A stretch of DNA of 63,940 nucleotides, counting the filler, from Octopus bimaculoides (taxonomy: Eukaryota), in assembly GCF_001194135.2 (NCBI RefSeq). It is 7 parts of 7 records of this genome, joined end to end, with 100 filler letters (N's around TTAATTAATTAA, not from the genome) between each part and the next. Parts side by side here need not be neighbours in the genome. Positions count along the whole stretch, not along the records: positions 62,043 to 63,940 come from NW_026324053.1; 6 more parts are not named here. One strand, written 5' to 3'. The position numbers were made by a program, and so were the translations under genes. Below, piece after piece: positions 63,412-63,940 of the stretch. The notes below the pieces were generated by a model. That model had not been told where the DNA came from, did not search any database, and was given only the letters and a program-made list of their open reading frames with translations. Each line of letters starts with the position of its first letter. Position 1 is the first letter of the stretch.

Positions 63412-63940
63412 TACAATACGTTTCTAAGTCTTGTGTGTATGTGAGACTGTATACGAGTATGCTTCATTATATATGTATGAAAGGCAATTTATATGCGTGT
63501 GTGTATATGTATGTACATATTGTATATGCACATATATTATACACTAGCTTATATTTCAAAACTGAATTTCATTTTTGTACGTGCAGCGGATTTTCACGTC
63601 AGTATATAGATTTTACGTTGTCCCCATATATACCTCAGACGTTTCGAAGGCTACTCCAATATAAAGCGGCGATAGGCTGAAATAACAGTGAAATCTCGAT
63701 ATCAGTCCTTCACCTTCACCTACAGAGCGATTCGTTTCGCCATGTTTTGATATAATTCAGTGTTTTTCTTAACATCTTATAACTTAGAGGAACTTTCCCG
63801 GAACCCATTTCCGCAGTTGGTAATAAGCGTTTAGACAAAACGCACACAGTAAGTGTGTAGCATCGGTAATGTTTGTATGTGTATGTGTGCGTGTGTGTGT
63901 GTGTCTGTGTCTGTGTCTGTGTCTGTGTGTCTGTGTGTCT

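Overview
AT-rich, microsatellite-saturated animal genomic DNA, with a large share of N gaps. The SINE families and repeat landscape point to an octopus (coleoid cephalopod); this is inferred, not proven. No complete host gene is visible, so the window reads as a very long intron or intergenic tract. One compact splice-signal-rich island at about 14.4-14.8 kb holds a plausible 69-nt in-frame exon on the + strand. Nearly all recognisable content is mobile DNA: (i) three tRNA-head SINE families, labelled A, B and C here; (ii) decayed LINEs of the RTE, CR1-group and R4/Dong (restriction-like endonuclease) clades; (iii) three Penelope-like (Naiad-type, YRDD) RT or GIY-YIG remnants; (iv) mariner, maT (DD37D), hAT-Charlie/Buster and Helitron remnants plus MITEs. 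Best leads: short repeats carrying minimal type I hammerhead ribozyme motifs, including one family whose three copies share a non-canonical CUGUNGA core; R4-clade LINE pieces sitting specifically in (CATA)n versus (TAA)n microsatellites; and SINE A sharing its 3' tail with the CR1-group LINE 3' end seen in the window. Six 100-bp 44N-TTAATTAATTAA-44N spacers are assembly artefacts. Most ORF-track entries are microsatellite or N-gap artefacts. Repeat boundaries were read by eye (about +/-10-20 bp); family names come from motif recognition, not database searches.
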